Source of the DNA: Macrostomum lignano | Lineage: Eukaryota | Length of the DNA: 64,000 nucleotides | Assembly: GCA_002269645.1 (NCBI GenBank) | Contig: NIVC01003594.1 | Location: 24,977 to 88,976, forward strand | Direction of reading: 5' to 3' | Part shown: positions 60,591 to 64,000 of the stretch, in pieces | Layout of the letters: each line of letters begins with the position of its first letter | How positions within the stretch are numbered: position 1 is the stretch's first letter | Translations under genes and position numbers: made by a program | Notes under the pieces: model-generated | The model's input: only the letters and a program-made list of their open reading frames with translations | Database searches by the model: none | What the model was told of the DNA's origin: nothing

Positions 60591-61328
60591 TAGATAGACT
60601 CAATGGCAATCATTATAAGTACAATAGTGATGATTAGATTCTAAAGCAAATAATAAGTAACTCCGTGCATACATCGTTATAGATTTTGAACTGTAAAACG
60701 TGATTCCAAATCAGGAAAAGTTCGCAATGTACTTTGATTGTGCCAGAATAATTTTCAATCTATTCACTATTTTCTAAACCTGATTGCATAATGAATGAAA
60801 CTCTCATTTGCCTGTGGAATCATAACCGCATAGCTACTAAATCTGTAGTCTAAAATAGGGGATCTTGTCCCGCGCGCAGTACTCGCACAGGCCGAGAACT
60901 TCTTCCTCCCTGCACCTTCTGCCCGCACAGCACTCGGGTTGGGGTGCTAAACGAGTTATTTTAGCAGAACCACTCAACACAGCGCAGTTCGCCGCGCAGA
61001 AAAAGTACATTGCCTTATAGCTCAGCTGAACTATTTCTTAGAAATGCTATCGCAAAATTTTCGTTCACAAGCACCGCTGCAGTTCCATTTCTGCTCCTAG
61101 TAGAAACGCACCGTACCCTTGATCGGGGACTTCTTGGATTTCCAAAAGAAATTTTTTGTTTTTCTTTTCTGAATTTTGTGCTGCCTTTTTTACTTAAAAC
61201 AAAGTTCGTGTCCCCTGGAATTTCCAACATCTGATCTGCGACCGCAATGGCATCAGCAACATATAAGCCCCGCTTCTGTCTTAACCTCTGCTGCTCAATT
61301 CAACAGTCGTTCCTGTTTTTTGGTTGTC

Positions 61329-63495
61329 ATGGCAACGCGAACTGTTTGGGCGCCAGTTGTTTTGCTTTGGTGCTTCGTGGCCGCTCACTGTACGGCCGCT
61401 CCTGGACGCACGTGGTTAAGAACCACTGCTTCACCATTCATTTGACCAGATCGCTGCGCTCAGGTGAGAGCAATGTTTATGAAGCTTTGGAAATCTGTGC
61501 GATGCAGTAGCTTTTATGATTTCTGCTCTTCACTTCTTTGGCTACGAAGACAAAGTCGAAGCACTTTTTATTGAAGTTATTAAAGTACTTTTCAACTTTA
61601 GTCATATCGCTTCTCCTGCTCTCTCAGTCTGATCTCCAGTCACCGATCTCTATTCCCATTCTTCCATATTTTAACCTATTTCTACTCTATTCTATTCTGC
61701 TCTACTCTATCCTCCTCTATTCTATTTTACTCTTCTATTCTACTCTATTCTAGTGTATTATATTCTATTCTATTCTACTCTATTCTTCTGTATTCTACTC
61801 TCTATTCCATTGTATTCTACACTATTATATTCTACTCCGTGCTACTCTATTCTATTCTATTCTATTCTACTCTATTCTATTCTACTCTATTCTAGTCTAT
61901 TCTACTCTATTCTATTCTATTCTATCTATTCTAGTCTATTCTACTCTATTCTATTACTCTACTCTATTCTATTCTACTCTATTCTAGTCTATTCTACTCC
62001 ATTCTATTCTACTCTATTCTAGTCTACTTAGTCTATTCTATTCTACTCTATTCTATTCTATTCTGCTCTATTCTATTCTACTCTATTCTAGTTATTCTAC
62101 TCTATTCTATTCTACTCTATTCTATTCTACTCTATTCTATCTACTATTCTATTCTACTCTATTCTATTCTACTCTATCTATTCTACTTATTCTATCTACT
62201 CTATCTATTCTACTCTATTCTAATCCATTCAAGTAGACTCCACTACACTGCACTCAGTACTAATAATCTCTAATGTGCCTCTATTGCGCAACATAATCTC
62301 TTAATCCTCCTCCCCCAATTTGCAGCCGACTCCCTGCTGAGAGGCATGGACATCGTGCGCAAACACCTGGCCCAGGCAATGCAGCTCATGGACAGCTATC
62401 AGACTGGCGTGTTCTCGGCTCGGCTCAGAAACAAAACCCTGCCAGCCGGGGTCGCCAACTTCCAGCTGACGGAGCTCCAGCGAGTCGGCGCAGGAGTTCT
62501 TGAACTCTTTGACCGGCTGGCCGTGACTGCTTGATCGCGGAGCATCTGGAGGCTCAGGAGAAGCAAGTCTTGGCCACGTCCAGGTCTGCATTTGGCTTTG
62601 AAGTGCTTTGAATATAATACTGAACAATACAGTACTTACAGTAGTCAATACAGTGCTTACAGTAGTCAATACAGTACTTACAGTAGTCAATACAGTACTT
62701 ACAGTAGTCAATACAGTACTTACAGTAGTCAATACAGTACTTACAGTAGTCAATACAGTACTTACAGTAGTCAATACAGTACTTCCGTAGTCAATACAGT
62801 ACTTACAGTAGTCAATACAGTACTTCCGTAGTCAATACAGTACTTACAGTAGTCAATACAGTGTAGTCAATACAGTACTCACAGTAGTCAATACAGTACT
62901 CACAGTAGTCAATACAGTACTCACAGTAGTCAATACAGTACTCACAGTAGTCAATACAGTACTTACAGTAGTCAATACAGTACTTACAGTAGTCAATGCA
63001 GTACTCATAGTAGTCAATACAGTATCACAGTAGTCAATACAGTACTCACAGTAGTAAATGCAGTACTCACAGTAGTAAATGCAGTACTCACTGTAGTAAA
63101 TACAGTTAGTTATATTATTCAATGCAGTACTTGCAGTAGTCATTCAAATTTCGATCACAAAGCATAACAAAATTCCCAATTCGCAGGTGGAGCCGGCAGC
63201 TAGCTGACATCAAGTCCGAGCTGGTGAAGTCTCTGTGCTACTCACACTTGCTGCTCCATCTGTCCAGCAGCTACTTGTCAGCTGACAGTCTGCAGCACAT
63301 CCGGTCGCTCTTTGGCCAGTCTCTGATTCCCATCGAGCGCCTGCCACACTCGGAGCGCGAATGGCGCCACCTTAGGACTACGCGGTGACCGGCGCTCTGC
63401 AGAGGGCGGTTCGCCAGTCCATCTCTGAGCTGCAGCTGATGATGCTGCAGGTCGCTGGCGGGCTTAGCAACCCCAGCTTAGCAACCCCAGCTTAG
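61329..63495 (+). CDS. Secreted helical protein 2 (LRDY family); exons 61329-61463, 62326-62583, 63187 to about 63495; three apparent 1-nt frameshifts (about 61408, 62523, 63375)
   Basis: Signal peptide MATRTVWAPVVLLWCFVAAHCTA; GT-AG introns; KHL..Y..RL.NK..F..EL..LE.QE..W..PH..RE.R.LRDY shared with protein 1. The 3' end is uncertain. Confidence 0.62.
61670..62222. repeat. (TATTC/TACTC)n pentanucleotide repeat, intronic
   Basis: Direct reading of the sequence. Confidence 0.95.
62615..63140. repeat. 21-bp minisatellite (TACAGTACTTACAGTAGTCAA), intronic
   Basis: Tandem units. Confidence 0.95.
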
Positions 63496-63740
63496 CAACC
63501 CCAGCTTAGCAACCCCAGCTTAGCAACACAGCTTAGCAACCCCAGCTTAGCAACCCCAGCTTAGCAACCACTGCTTAGCAACCCCAGCTTAGCAACCCCA
63601 GCTTAGCAACCCCAGCCTAGCAACCACAGCTTATAGGCAACCCCAGTTTAGCAACCACAGCTTAGCAACCACGCTTAGCAACCACAGCTTAGCAACCACA
63701 GCTTAGCAACCAGCTTAGCAACCGCAGCTAGCAACCCCAG
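63463..63740. repeat. 14-bp minisatellite (CTTAGCAACCCCAG)
   Basis: Tandem units. Confidence 0.92.
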
Positions 63741-64000
63741 CGTTTAATCAGATTTTTGCACTGTTAATAGATTTTTCACAAAAGCATATTTTATTGCAAC
63801 TTTTAGCTTCTTCTCAAAGTCGCACACAGAACGCACAATGTTTTTGTTTTTCTATTTAATATTTTATTGATCTAGTCTTTTTAAATCTCTGAAAAGCTTG
63901 AAGTCGCATGCTTTGTTCGTTTTATTCGGATATTCCAATACCAGATAACTTTTCCGATCAATTATTTTTAGTAAATATCGCAATATTCATTCATATTCAT

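Overview
This is eukaryotic (animal) genomic DNA. GC-rich exons alternate with AT-rich or minisatellite-filled introns, and there is a TTAGGG tract. The overall style suggests a free-living flatworm such as Macrostomum, which is inference only. Every gene I can support lies on the + strand. In order they are: the 3' part of an ALDH1/2-type aldehyde dehydrogenase; RINT1; a tandem cluster of intronless TRIM-like genes (two intact, one with a premature TAG, one truncated remnant); a METTL21-family methyltransferase; DDX27; two TRAIP-like RING-H2/coiled-coil paralogues; LYRM9; ALKBH4; and two paralogous secreted helical proteins sharing an LRDY motif. Mobile DNA comprises three non-autonomous Helitrons carrying large minisatellites, four TIR elements with target-site duplications, a tRNA-derived SINE and a decayed LINE fragment. 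The strongest observations are: (1) the LYRM9 stop overlaps the ALKBH4 start (ATGA) inside one shared exon; (2) the TRIM paralogues share an almost identical 467-nt coiled-coil block but have strongly diverged C-terminal domains; (3) the secreted pair looks like helical cytokines and is flanked by STAT-site and AP-1-site minisatellites; (4) a DDX27 intronic minisatellite is built from the 3' splice site itself; (5) RINT1 has no visible start codon. Several frameshifts after about 50 kb may be assembly indels. All alignments and counts were done by eye.
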